Source: Anaerovoracaceae bacterium
GTDB taxonomy: Bacteria; Bacillota; Clostridia; Peptostreptococcales; Anaerovoracaceae
Assembly (NCBI GenBank): GCA_045639825.1
Contig: JAZUDV010000046.1
Location: forward strand, 29,231-93,230
DNA length: 64,000 bases
Direction: 5' to 3'
The translations under genes were made by a program, and so were the position numbers. Below, one piece after another: positions 46,293-55,107 of this stretch; position 1 is the first letter of the stretch; the number at the start of each line of letters is the position of its first letter. The notes under the pieces were generated by a model. It was given only the letters and a program-made list of their open reading frames with translations, made no database searches and was not told the DNA's origin.

Positions 46293-47810
46293 TTAAACCA
46301 ACACGTCACCTTCCATACCTTCAGGCACATCAACGCCCATAAGAGTCAGAAGTGTTGGTGCAATATCTGCAAGCTTGCCGTCATTAGCCTTGAATGGAAC
46401 AGGCTCCTTGCAAATGTGGCAGAGAGGAACTCTTGATGTTGAATGCTTAGTTACAACATTGCCTGATTCGTCAACCATATAATCTGCATTACCGTGGTCG
46501 GCTGTGAGCAGTATCTGTCCATCCTTGGCAAGGATTGCTTCTTCAATCTGTCCAACAAGGCCATCGATTGTTTCGATTGCCTTAACCGCTGCATCAAACA
46601 CACCTGTGTGTCCGACCATGTCCGGATTAGCGAAGTTCAGAATAATAACATCGTAAAGATCCTCGTTAATCTTCTCGATTACCGTCTTGGCAACCTCAGG
46701 TGCGCTCATCTCAGGCTGCAAGTCATAAGTCTCAACCTTAGGTGAAGCGATAAGAATATGATCCTCATTCTTATTAGGAGCTTCAACGCCACCGTTGAAG
46801 AAGAAAGTAACATGCGCGTACTTCTCTGTCTCTGCGATACGGAGCTGCTTGAGTCCGAGATCTGCAAGAGTCTTTCCAAGTGTCGGATCAACATCCTCAG
46901 GTGGGAATGCAACTGTTACATTAGGCATTGTTGCATCGTACTCAGCCATGCATACATAAGTGAGTCCGCTAACGCGCTTTTTCATCTCAAATTCATTGAA
47001 ATCAGGATCAACGAGCGCTCTTGTAATCTCACGAGCTCTGTCAGGTCTGAAGTTAATGAATACAACTGAATCGTCGTCCTTAATAGGTACTGCATTAATG
47101 ATAGTTGGCAGTACGAATTCATCCGTTTCATCCTTGGCATATGACTGATCGATTGCTTCCTGTGCATCCTTAGCAGTAATTCCCTCAGAGAGAGTAAGAG
47201 CATCGTAAGCCACAACGAGTCTTTCCCATCTCTTATCTCTATCCATCGCATAGAAACGTCCTGAGATAATTCCGATCTTGCCAAGACCGATTTCCTTCAT
47301 ATAGTCCTCGAGAGGTCCGAGATAATCCATAGCACTCTTAGGCGGAACATCTCTTCCGTCAAGATAGCAGTGAACGATTACTTCAGGGACATTGTTCTTC
47401 TTGGCCATATCAAGAACTGCCTTAAGATGGTCAAAGTGACTGTGAACTCCGCCATCAGAAACGAGTCCCATTACGTGAAGTGTACGGCCCGGCTTCTTGG
47501 CATTTTCCATTGCAGCCAGCAGTCTCTCATTCTCGAAGAAGGAGCCTGAACGAACCGCTCTCGTAATCTTAAGCAGATTCTGGTAAACAACGCTGCCTGC
47601 TCCTATGTTAAGGTGACCAACTTCGGAGTTTCCCATCTGTCCTGCAGGGAGTCCGACAGGTTCACCGCTTGCTTCGATTGTCATGAAAGGATAATTTGAG
47701 AAAATGAGATCGAGATTAGGCTTGTTTGCTGCAGCGATTGCATTTCCATCCTTAGTTTCTCTGATTCCGTATCCATCCAGAATCATTAACATTGTAGGTC
47801 TGTGTTTCAT
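46293..47810 (-). CDS. gpmI: 2,3-bisphosphoglycerate-independent phosphoglycerate mutase
   Basis: Start at MKHRPTMLMILDGYG (ATG 47810, GAGGAG SD upstream). GNSEVGHLNIGAG and ADHGNAD motifs are present. Confidence 0.92.
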   Translation of the reverse strand: MKHRPTMLMILDGYGIRETKDGNAIAAANKPNLDLIFSNYPFMTIEASGEPVGLPAGQMGNSEVGHLNIGAGSVVYQNLLKITRAVRSGSFFENERLLAAMENAKKPGRTLHVMGLVSDGGVHSHFDHLKAVLDMAKKNNVPEVIVHCYLDGRDVPPKSAMDYLGPLEDYMKEIGLGKIGIISGRFYAMDRDKRWERLVVAYDALTLSEGITAKDAQEAIDQSYAKDETDEFVLPTIINAVPIKDDDSVVFINFRPDRAREITRALVDPDFNEFEMKKRVSGLTYVCMAEYDATMPNVTVAFPPEDVDPTLGKTLADLGLKQLRIAETEKYAHVTFFFNGGVEAPNKNEDHILIASPKVETYDLQPEMSAPEVAKTVIEKINEDLYDVIILNFANPDMVGHTGVFDAAVKAIETIDGLVGQIEEAILAKDGQILLTADHGNADYMVDESGNVVTKHSTSRVPLCHICKEPVPFKANDGKLADIAPTLLTLMGVDVPEGMEGDVLV

Positions 47811-47929
47811 TGTTTCTCCTCTTGTTTTCGGCTCTACCGATTTATAAAAATTACCCAATTAGTATACCACAATATCATCAAATGGTAAAACAACCATCAT
47901 TACAGGAAATGTGCTCCTATCTGCAAACT

Positions 47930-47953
47930 AAAACCTCCCGATAACTCGGGAGG
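47930..47953 (-). terminator. intrinsic terminator after pxpA
   Basis: Minus strand reads CCTCCCGA-gtta-TCGGGAGG followed by TTTT. Confidence 0.8.
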
Positions 47954-47983
47954 TAAGCCCATTGCGTAATTACTGTATCCTCA

Positions 47984-48751
47984 TTAAACGATTTGATTCA
48001 GTGGAACTATTTCAATATCTTCAGATGCTAAAGTATCTCGTATTTTCCTTACAAATTCAAGTGCTTTTTCTCCATCCCCGTGAACGCAGATAGAATCTGC
48101 CGTAATATCGATATCCTTACCGGTAATTGCTGTAACCTTGTGCTCTTTAATCATTCGCACAACTCTCTTAACAGCAAGATCTTCATCCGTAATCATTGCA
48201 CCCGGCTTCTTACGATTGACAAGGCTGCCATCCTCTTCATAGGCGCGATCTGCAAAAACCTCGCTCGCAACCCTAAGTCCCATGTCATGGGCAGCTTTGA
48301 CGAGCTCGCCTCCGGAAAGAGCCAGCACAATCAAATCGCTGTCATACTCTGCAACAGCCTCACATATAGCTTTGGCAAGAGTATAGTCCTTGCCAGCCAT
48401 ATTATAGAATGCGCCATGATGTTTAACATGCTGCATCTTAAGTCCATTGCTCTTGCAGAAAGCATCAAGCGCTCCAATCTGGTACAGCGCATATGCCTTA
48501 GCTTCTTCCGGAGAAATAATCATATTGCGTCTGCCGAATCCCATCAGATCCGGATATCCCGGATGAGCACCGACCTCTATACCGGCATCAGCCGCCATCT
48601 TAATTGTCTTAGCCATTACAACCGGATCAGATGCGTGAAACCCGCAAGCAACATTAGCTGAACTGATCAGAGGAATAACCTGATTATCACAGCCGATTCT
48701 GTATGCGCCGTAGCTCTCACCAAGATCCGAGTTAAGATCTACTTTATACAT
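47984..48751 (-). CDS. pxpA: 5-oxoprolinase subunit A (LamB/YcsF family)
   Basis: 255 aa starting [17 protein letters not shown], the characteristic LamB/YcsF N-terminus. Confidence 0.88.
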   Translation of the reverse strand: MYKVDLNSDLGESYGAYRIGCDNQVIPLISSANVACGFHASDPVVMAKTIKMAADAGIEVGAHPGYPDLMGFGRRNMIISPEEAKAYALYQIGALDAFCKSNGLKMQHVKHHGAFYNMAGKDYTLAKAICEAVAEYDSDLIVLALSGGELVKAAHDMGLRVASEVFADRAYEEDGSLVNRKKPGAMITDEDLAVKRVVRMIKEHKVTAITGKDIDITADSICVHGDGEKALEFVRKIRDTLASEDIEIVPLNQIV

Positions 48752-48763
48752 ATTAAGCCCTCT

Positions 48764-50107
48764 CTATGCCTTCATAACCTTCTCGATAAAACCTGTATCA
48801 GCCTCTCCTGCGCAGAAGATAGGATTTCTGATTATCTGATACTGGAAATCAAGATTAGTCTCAACACCAACCACAACCATCTCGTCCAGTGCTGATTTCA
48901 TCTTCATAAGTGCAGCCTCTCTATCAGGTGCGTGAACAATAACCTTAGCTATCATTGAATCATACTGCGAAGGAATTGTGTAGCCCTCATACAGAGCTGT
49001 ATCCACACGAACACCATTGCCTGCAGGAAGATGTATGTGCTCAACCTTACCCGGACTAGGCATGAAGTTCTGTCCCGGACTTTCAGCATTAATTCTGCAC
49101 TCAATAGCATGTCCTCTGATAACTATATCGTCCTGACTGAAGCTCAGTGGTTCGCCCATTGCAATTCTGATCTGTTCAATAATCAGATCAGTACCCGTTA
49201 CCATCTCGGTAACTCCATGCTCAACCTGAATTCGAGTGTTCATTTCCATGAAATAGAATTCGCCTGATTGACTCACGATAAACTCAATAGTTCCGGCATT
49301 GGTATATCCCACTGTCTTGGCAGCCAGAACAGCATATTCGTTCATCTTGCGACGAGTCTCGTCATTTATAGCAGGAGATGGTGATTCTTCTATCATCTTC
49401 TGATGGTTACGCTGTACGGAGCAATCACGATCTCCAAGAGCTACCACATTACCGAAATTGTCAGCAATTATCTGTATTTCAACATGTCTTGGGTTCTCGA
49501 TGAACTTCTCAATATACATAGTATCATCGCTGAATGCATTGACGGATTCACGCTGTGCAAGATTGAACTGATATTCAAAATCTTCAGCAGATTCAGAAAC
49601 CCTCATTCCCTTGCCACCGCCGCCTGATGATGCCTTGATCATAACAGGATAGCCTATGTCATCAGCCATCTTCTTAGCCTGAGCAACATCATAAACAGCT
49701 TCCTTGGTGCCTGGAACAACAGGTACCTCAGCTCCCATCATGGTCGCACGGGCCTGGGATTTGTTACCCATAGCATCAATCACATCCGACTTAGGTCCAA
49801 TGAATGTTATACCTGCCTCCTCGCAACGTCTGACGAACTCGCTGTTCTCAGACAGGAATCCGAATCCCGGATGGATTGCGTCTGCACCCATATTGATGGC
49901 TGCCTGAATAATTCGGTCCATGTTAAGATAGCTGCCCTTGGCAGGACCTTCTCCTATACATATTCTCTGATCCGCAAGCTTGACATGAAGACTCTCTGCG
50001 TCTTCCTTAGAATAAACTGCAACGCTTCTTATTCCCATATTTCTGCATGCACGAATAATACGCACTGCAATTTCTCCTCGATTTGCAATTAATACTTTAT
50101 TAAACAA
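48764..50107 (-). CDS. accC: biotin carboxylase (acetyl-CoA carboxylase AccC-type)
   Basis: 447 aa. TTG start with GGAGG 7 nt upstream. KVLIANRGEIA at the N-terminus and an ATP-grasp GGGGKGM loop. Confidence 0.9.
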   Translation of the reverse strand: MFNKVLIANRGEIAVRIIRACRNMGIRSVAVYSKEDAESLHVKLADQRICIGEGPAKGSYLNMDRIIQAAINMGADAIHPGFGFLSENSEFVRRCEEAGITFIGPKSDVIDAMGNKSQARATMMGAEVPVVPGTKEAVYDVAQAKKMADDIGYPVMIKASSGGGGKGMRVSESAEDFEYQFNLAQRESVNAFSDDTMYIEKFIENPRHVEIQIIADNFGNVVALGDRDCSVQRNHQKMIEESPSPAINDETRRKMNEYAVLAAKTVGYTNAGTIEFIVSQSGEFYFMEMNTRIQVEHGVTEMVTGTDLIIEQIRIAMGEPLSFSQDDIVIRGHAIECRINAESPGQNFMPSPGKVEHIHLPAGNGVRVDTALYEGYTIPSQYDSMIAKVIVHAPDREAALMKMKSALDEMVVVGVETNLDFQYQIIRNPIFCAGEADTGFIEKVMKA

Positions 50108-50125
50108 ATCGGAACCTCCTATATA

Positions 50126-50581
50126 CTAGAGTTTCTTAACACGGAACAGTGGCTGACCATACTCAACGCGCTGCTCATTGCTTACAAGAATTGCCTCAAT
50201 CTCACAATCAAATTCTGCTGTAATCTCATTCATCAGCTTCATCGCCTCAAGAATACATACGGTCTCACCGGCCTTAACTCTGTCACCTACCTTAACAAAA
50301 GCAGGAACATCAGGTGCAGCTGCAGAATAGAATGTGGCTACGATTGGTGCAGTGATAAATTCTTCTGTTGTTTCTGCTACTTCTGCGGCAGGAGCAACAG
50401 GTGCTACAGCCGGTGCAGGAGCTGCTACAGCTGCCTGAGGAACAGGTGCTCCGGTGGCAATAACAGGAGGATTATCCAGTGTACTGATACAGATCTCAAC
50501 CTCTTCATCCTTGTAGCTGAATTCCTTAACAGATGACTCCTCAATTATTTTAACAATGCGTTCAATTGCATTAATATCCAT
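50126..50581 (-). CDS. accB: biotin carboxyl carrier protein
   Basis: 151 aa with an Ala/Pro linker and the biotinyl-lysine motif EAMKLMNEI. Confidence 0.9.
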   Translation of the reverse strand: MDINAIERIVKIIEESSVKEFSYKDEEVEICISTLDNPPVIATGAPVPQAAVAAPAPAVAPVAPAAEVAETTEEFITAPIVATFYSAAAPDVPAFVKVGDRVKAGETVCILEAMKLMNEITAEFDCEIEAILVSNEQRVEYGQPLFRVKKL

Positions 50582-50594
50582 TTATTGTCTCCTT

Positions 50595-51599
50595 TCATTC
50601 AAACAGGCTTCTGACACGCTTTGCTGTCAACCTGCAATCAAGAACTTCCTTGCAAGGTTTGTGTATTTCGTTTCTCATCAGCTCCAGCTCCTTCTCCTCC
50701 TTAAGGAAAAGAGTCTGAGCCTGCTGAACACTAATCTTTTCAAAATGTATCTTACAGTCAGTCCTGCACTGTGCCAGTTTAGGAATATCCACAGATACCA
50801 CAGTAGCTATCTTGGCATAACCACCTGTTGTCTGTCGATCTGACAGCAGAATAATCGGTTTGCCATGTGCAGGTACCTGTACAGATCCGAGAGCAATACC
50901 ATCTGAGATAATATCCGACCCGCTCTTGGATGCAATATACGGGCCATCAAGTCTGCAGCCCATACGGTCAAACTCACTTGTCACCATGTACTCGCTCTCA
51001 AGGAACGTCTTGATACCATCCTTGGTGAAGACATCGTCCTGCGGTCCCATTACAACCCTTAAAGTAACATTTTCGGAACTGAAATCATCAGGATTCAGTT
51101 TGCGTGACAAGAAGTATGGCAGATAACGACGCTTGATTCTAAACAGAATAAAGTCATCAGCCTGCAGTTTTCTTCCCTTAAATCCGCCAACCGAACTCTT
51201 CATATTGGTAGAACGGCTGCCCATTACAACAGGAACACTCAGATAGCTGGAAAATGCGATATATCCTCTCGTTCCCGACATGGCAACGCCCATCTCCAGA
51301 ATGTCTCCCTTGTGCATATACAGCGCAGTATACATTGGAACAGCTTTGCCATTAACCTTAGGTGCAAACTTAGCTCCCGTAATTGCAATGATTGTATCCG
51401 ATGTAAACTCAAGAGTTGGGCCTATCATTGTACATTCCAGAACCGGTTCATTCTCAGGATTGTCCAGCAGCATGTTGGCAATCTTGAAGGATCTGACATC
51501 CATAACACCCGCAACACTGAAGCCCTGACTCTGATATCCTGTACGGCCAAGATCCTGAACGGTAGTCAGCATACCCGGTTTAATCACTCTAATACCCAT
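50595..51599 (-). CDS. pxpC: 5-oxoprolinase subunit C / KipA-like (allophanate hydrolase subunit 2 family)
   Basis: 334 aa starting MGIRVIKPGMLTTVQDLGRTGYQSQGFSVAG, typical of the family. One of only two CDS in this window that end in TGA. Confidence 0.85.
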   Translation of the reverse strand: MGIRVIKPGMLTTVQDLGRTGYQSQGFSVAGVMDVRSFKIANMLLDNPENEPVLECTMIGPTLEFTSDTIIAITGAKFAPKVNGKAVPMYTALYMHKGDILEMGVAMSGTRGYIAFSSYLSVPVVMGSRSTNMKSSVGGFKGRKLQADDFILFRIKRRYLPYFLSRKLNPDDFSSENVTLRVVMGPQDDVFTKDGIKTFLESEYMVTSEFDRMGCRLDGPYIASKSGSDIISDGIALGSVQVPAHGKPIILLSDRQTTGGYAKIATVVSVDIPKLAQCRTDCKIHFEKISVQQAQTLFLKEEKELELMRNEIHKPCKEVLDCRLTAKRVRSLFE

Positions 51600-51601
51600 G
51601 A

Positions 51602-52327
51602 TTATGCCTCCTCCTTAACTACAACTTCATATTCGTTGTTCTCTACCAGTTCAGTTATTCTCCTATACTCGGCCTCATCGATAGGGACAAAGCGTATATA
51701 GTCTCCTGCCTCGACCAGTATCGGCGTTTCGCGATCAGGATCGTAGGTCTTCACCGGAGTCTTGCCCATGAGGTTCCATCCTCCCGGGGAATCCAGCGGA
51801 TATATTCCCGTCTGTGAACCTCCGATTCCTACACTTCCAGCTTCAATTCTCAGTCTAGGATTAGGCAGTCTTGGAGTATGAATTCTCTCATCCAAGCCTC
51901 CGAGATAAGTAAATCCCGGCAGGAAACCAAGCATATATATCAGATAATCCTGTGAAGAATGTATCTGTATTACCTCTTCATTAGTAAGTCCTGCATGTTC
52001 TGCAATCAGATCAAGGTCAGGCCCATATTCACCGCCATAGCAAACAGGGATCTCGAAAACCCTCTTGCGGCGCGTTGCTGTAGACACTTCAATCTTGAGA
52101 AGATTTTGTATGCGATTCTTAATATCCTTGTACAGTACGATGCGAGGATCGTAATTGATAAGCAGAGAACAATAGGTCGGAATCATATCTACGATTCCTT
52201 CAATCTGCTGTTCTCTTATCAGCTGAACGAAAGATGCAATTCTTCCGTTAATTTCAGGATTGATTTCATTTCCGAATTCGACAAGCAGTGACGAATCACC
52301 CGCAGTACGAATGTGAATATCCTGCAT
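51602..52327 (-). CDS. pxpB: 5-oxoprolinase subunit B / KipI-like (allophanate hydrolase subunit 1 family)
   Basis: Start at MQDIHIRTAGDSSLLVEFG (ATG 52327, AAGGAGAG SD upstream). Also GFLPGFTYLGGLD. Confidence 0.85.
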   Translation of the reverse strand: MQDIHIRTAGDSSLLVEFGNEINPEINGRIASFVQLIREQQIEGIVDMIPTYCSLLINYDPRIVLYKDIKNRIQNLLKIEVSTATRRKRVFEIPVCYGGEYGPDLDLIAEHAGLTNEEVIQIHSSQDYLIYMLGFLPGFTYLGGLDERIHTPRLPNPRLRIEAGSVGIGGSQTGIYPLDSPGGWNLMGKTPVKTYDPDRETPILVEAGDYIRFVPIDEAEYRRITELVENNEYEVVVKEEA

Positions 52328-52458
52328 ATGCAATCTCTCCTTTCCATATACTACTAAACGGGGACGGGAATCATCCGAACTCAAGTCACGGAGACCCATC
52401 CCCTTTTGATTATACAGTTTGAACTACGGTCTGTATACTCAGTTGTATACGACCTCAA

Positions 52459-53685
52459 TTAGAGCAGGCTGCCCAGGTTGGAAATAAATGTAGTGATACC
52501 GAGGTATGCGGAAATAGCTACAACGATCCATCCGAGAACCCACAGAACCATAGGGTGATTGTAATCTTCACCCATGATCTTCTTGGATTTGGCTGCAATC
52601 AGGCATACTGCCAGAGTTATAGGCAGGATCAGTCCATTGAATGCACCTGCAAATACCAGCATTACAGCAGGAGTAGTCTTAACTATCAGCATGATTAATG
52701 TTGATACGGCAATGAATCCAATAATAATCTTATTCTCATTCTTCTCCAGTACAGGGTGGAATGTCTTAAAGAATGAAACTGATGTATAAGCCGCACCGAT
52801 AATTGATGTCAGAGCTGCGCACAGCAGTACCAGTCCTGCAAAACGATATCCGATCTGTCCTGCACCTGCAAGGAATGAATCTGCAGCAGGGTTAGCGGAT
52901 TCTGCAAGAGCATCGCTACCGATAAGTCCACTTGCTACTACACCGAGTACAGCCAGGAAGAGGAAGATACGTACAATGGTTGCAATTCCGATTCCCATAA
53001 CTGAACTCTTAGTAATCTGAGGCATGTTATCCTTACCAACAATTCCTGCGTCAATCAGTCTGTGAGCGCCGGAGAAAGTGATGTATCCTCCAACTGTTCC
53101 ACCGAGCAATGTGATGATTGCAGGTGACAGTGCGCCGTAGCCTGTCTCTGGTACAAATGTATTCTTCAGAGCCTCTCCCATAGGTGGCTTAACAACAATA
53201 ATGATTACGAAGATTACAACGATCATTATTCCGCCCAGCACCTTGGTTGCGGTATCCATTGCAGCCTTGGCATTCTTTAGAACGAAAATTGCAATTGCAA
53301 GTCCACCTGAGAGAACGATTCCCAGCCATAGTGGCATATTCATAAGTGTTGTGAATCCCAGTGCACCGCCGCCAACGTTACCGATATTGAAAACAAGTCC
53401 TCCGACAACAACCATGAAGGATACTACATATCCCAGTCCCGGAAGGATCTTGTTAGCGACTTCCTGTCCACGGAGTCCTGAGTTACACAGAACTCTCCAG
53501 ATGTTAAGCTGTGCAATAGCAGCAAGAATAATCGATGCAAGGATTACGAATGCAAAGCTTGCACCAAACTGACCGGTAAACTTTGATGTCTGTGTCAGGA
53601 ATCCCGGTCCGATAGCAGACGTACCCATCAAGAATGCTGCACCAAGAATGGCACCTGCACCCTTTTTCTTAGTCTTGTCGTCCAT
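52459..53685 (-). CDS. NRAMP-like membrane transporter (YcsG-like)
   Basis: 408 aa, 11 TM-like, with GAAFLMGTSAIGPGFLTQT. Same position as ycsG in the B. subtilis ycsF-ycsG-ycsI-kipI-kipA cluster. Confidence 0.7.
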   Translation of the reverse strand: MDDKTKKKGAGAILGAAFLMGTSAIGPGFLTQTSKFTGQFGASFAFVILASIILAAIAQLNIWRVLCNSGLRGQEVANKILPGLGYVVSFMVVVGGLVFNIGNVGGGALGFTTLMNMPLWLGIVLSGGLAIAIFVLKNAKAAMDTATKVLGGIMIVVIFVIIIVVKPPMGEALKNTFVPETGYGALSPAIITLLGGTVGGYITFSGAHRLIDAGIVGKDNMPQITKSSVMGIGIATIVRIFLFLAVLGVVASGLIGSDALAESANPAADSFLAGAGQIGYRFAGLVLLCAALTSIIGAAYTSVSFFKTFHPVLEKNENKIIIGFIAVSTLIMLIVKTTPAVMLVFAGAFNGLILPITLAVCLIAAKSKKIMGEDYNHPMVLWVLGWIVVAISAYLGITTFISNLGSLL

Positions 53686-53730
53686 AGTTTTTCTCCTTTA
53701 ATATATCTTTAAAATTTTCTATATAGCTTT

Positions 53731-54552
53731 CTATTTGTTCTTCTTAGCTTCAAGATAGTCATTGAGCTCAGAATTAATAATATCTGTAATGAACATATGT
53801 CCCGGCGCGTGAGTAATAGCAATTGGTGGTTTTGCATTCTCAACAACCGACTGAGGTGTTACTCCGCATGGCCAGAATACAGGAATCTCTCCTTCATAGA
53901 AGTCTACAGCTTCACCATAATCAGGCTTCATAACATCCTTAACGCCAACCTCTTCAGGATTGCCGATTTGAACAGGTGCTCCGTGTACATTAGGCATCTT
54001 AACAGTAATGTCATATGCCTTCTGGGCATTCTCAGGAGTCATAGGTCTCATTGAGCAAACCATCGGTCCATAAAACGGTCCTGCAGGAACAGTCTGAATG
54101 CTTGTCTTGAACATAGGAACATTTCTGCCCTGTGTAATATGTCGTACATCAATTCCTTCATTGATCAGAGTCTCCTCAAATGAGAATGAACATCCAATCA
54201 GGAATCCTACATATCCTTCCTTCCAATACTCGGAAGCATCAGTAATCTCTTTGGTAAATACACCATTCTCATAGATACGATATTTAGGAATATCCGTGCA
54301 GATATTTCCACCCTCTCCCATGTCATGAGTTTCAGGAGTTCCCTTAATGATTTCCAGAACAGGACAAGGGAATGGGTTTTTCTTGCAGAACTCTTCAAAA
54401 TCTGCAGCATATTCAGGTGGAAGAATAATTAGATTAGCCTGCGCATAGCCACCGCACATGCCTGCAGTAGGATAATCAATGACACCTTCTCTGATGAGCT
54501 TTCGTACTTCGGAAGGCTTCATATTCTTGTATTTAGCAGTTTCGTATGCCAT
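53731..54552 (-). CDS. DUF1445/UPF0317 putative hydro-lyase (YcsI-like)
   Basis: Start at MAYETAKYKNMKPSEVRKLIREG (ATG 54552, AAAGGAGAAG SD upstream). GYAQANLIILP is typical of UPF0317. Confidence 0.75.
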   Translation of the reverse strand: MAYETAKYKNMKPSEVRKLIREGVIDYPTAGMCGGYAQANLIILPPEYAADFEEFCKKNPFPCPVLEIIKGTPETHDMGEGGNICTDIPKYRIYENGVFTKEITDASEYWKEGYVGFLIGCSFSFEETLINEGIDVRHITQGRNVPMFKTSIQTVPAGPFYGPMVCSMRPMTPENAQKAYDITVKMPNVHGAPVQIGNPEEVGVKDVMKPDYGEAVDFYEGEIPVFWPCGVTPQSVVENAKPPIAITHAPGHMFITDIINSELNDYLEAKKNK

Positions 54553-54595
54553 CGAATCTTCTCCTTTCAAGTCCTTAATAACAATTCTGTATACA

Positions 54596-54624
54596 ATTAT
54601 ACAATTATACAAAATTCATTGCAA
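54596..54624 (-). promoter_or_regulatory. candidate promoter of the DUF1445-NRAMP-pxp operon
   Basis: Minus strand reads TTGCAA (54624-54619), a 17-nt spacer, then TATAAT (54601-54596). A second TATAAT lies 8 nt upstream of it and the palindrome TGTATACA (54588-54595) lies just downstream. Confidence 0.45.
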
Positions 54625-54625
54625 C

Positions 54626-54668
54626 AAAAAAATGCGACTGTTAAGTCGTTCCTAACTGTCGCATTTTT
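54626..54668 (-). terminator. intrinsic (bidirectional-looking) terminator after aroQ
   Basis: ATGCGAC...GTCGCAT stem, extended with partial pairs, flanked by an A-run (54626-54631) and a T-run (54665-54668). Confidence 0.7.
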
Positions 54669-54684
54669 GTTACTTTGATTATTA

Positions 54685-55101
54685 CTAAAGCTTATCTATT
54701 GCTTCTATATAACCCTCGAATCCGTGTCCAGATACCGTAGCCTTGGCAACCTCTCTGACGTAGGAAATCTTCCTGTAGTCTTCTCTTTCGTCCGGATTGC
54801 TAATGTGTACTTCAACGGTCGGAATTCCAACTGCCCTGATAGCATCGGCTATTGCTATGCTGGTATGGGTGTAGGCTGCGGGATTGATTACTATTCCGTC
54901 CACTTTATCGGAGTATGCCTGCTGAATTGCATCCACAATCTCACCCTCATGGTTGGACTGGAAAAATGACAGTTCATTCTCTCCTCCTCGTTCAGCCTTA
55001 ATATAATCTACAAGATCATCATATGTTCTCTTGCCGTAGATGTCGGGCTCTCTGATCCCAAGCATATTCATATTAGGTCCGTTAATAACCAGTATTTTCA
55101 T
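54685..55101 (-). CDS. aroQ: type II 3-dehydroquinate dehydratase
   Basis: 138 aa starting MKILVINGPNMNMLGIREPDIYG. Confidence 0.92.
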   Translation of the reverse strand: MKILVINGPNMNMLGIREPDIYGKRTYDDLVDYIKAERGGENELSFFQSNHEGEIVDAIQQAYSDKVDGIVINPAAYTHTSIAIADAIRAVGIPTVEVHISNPDEREDYRKISYVREVAKATVSGHGFEGYIEAIDKL

Positions 55102-55107
55102 GCTATT

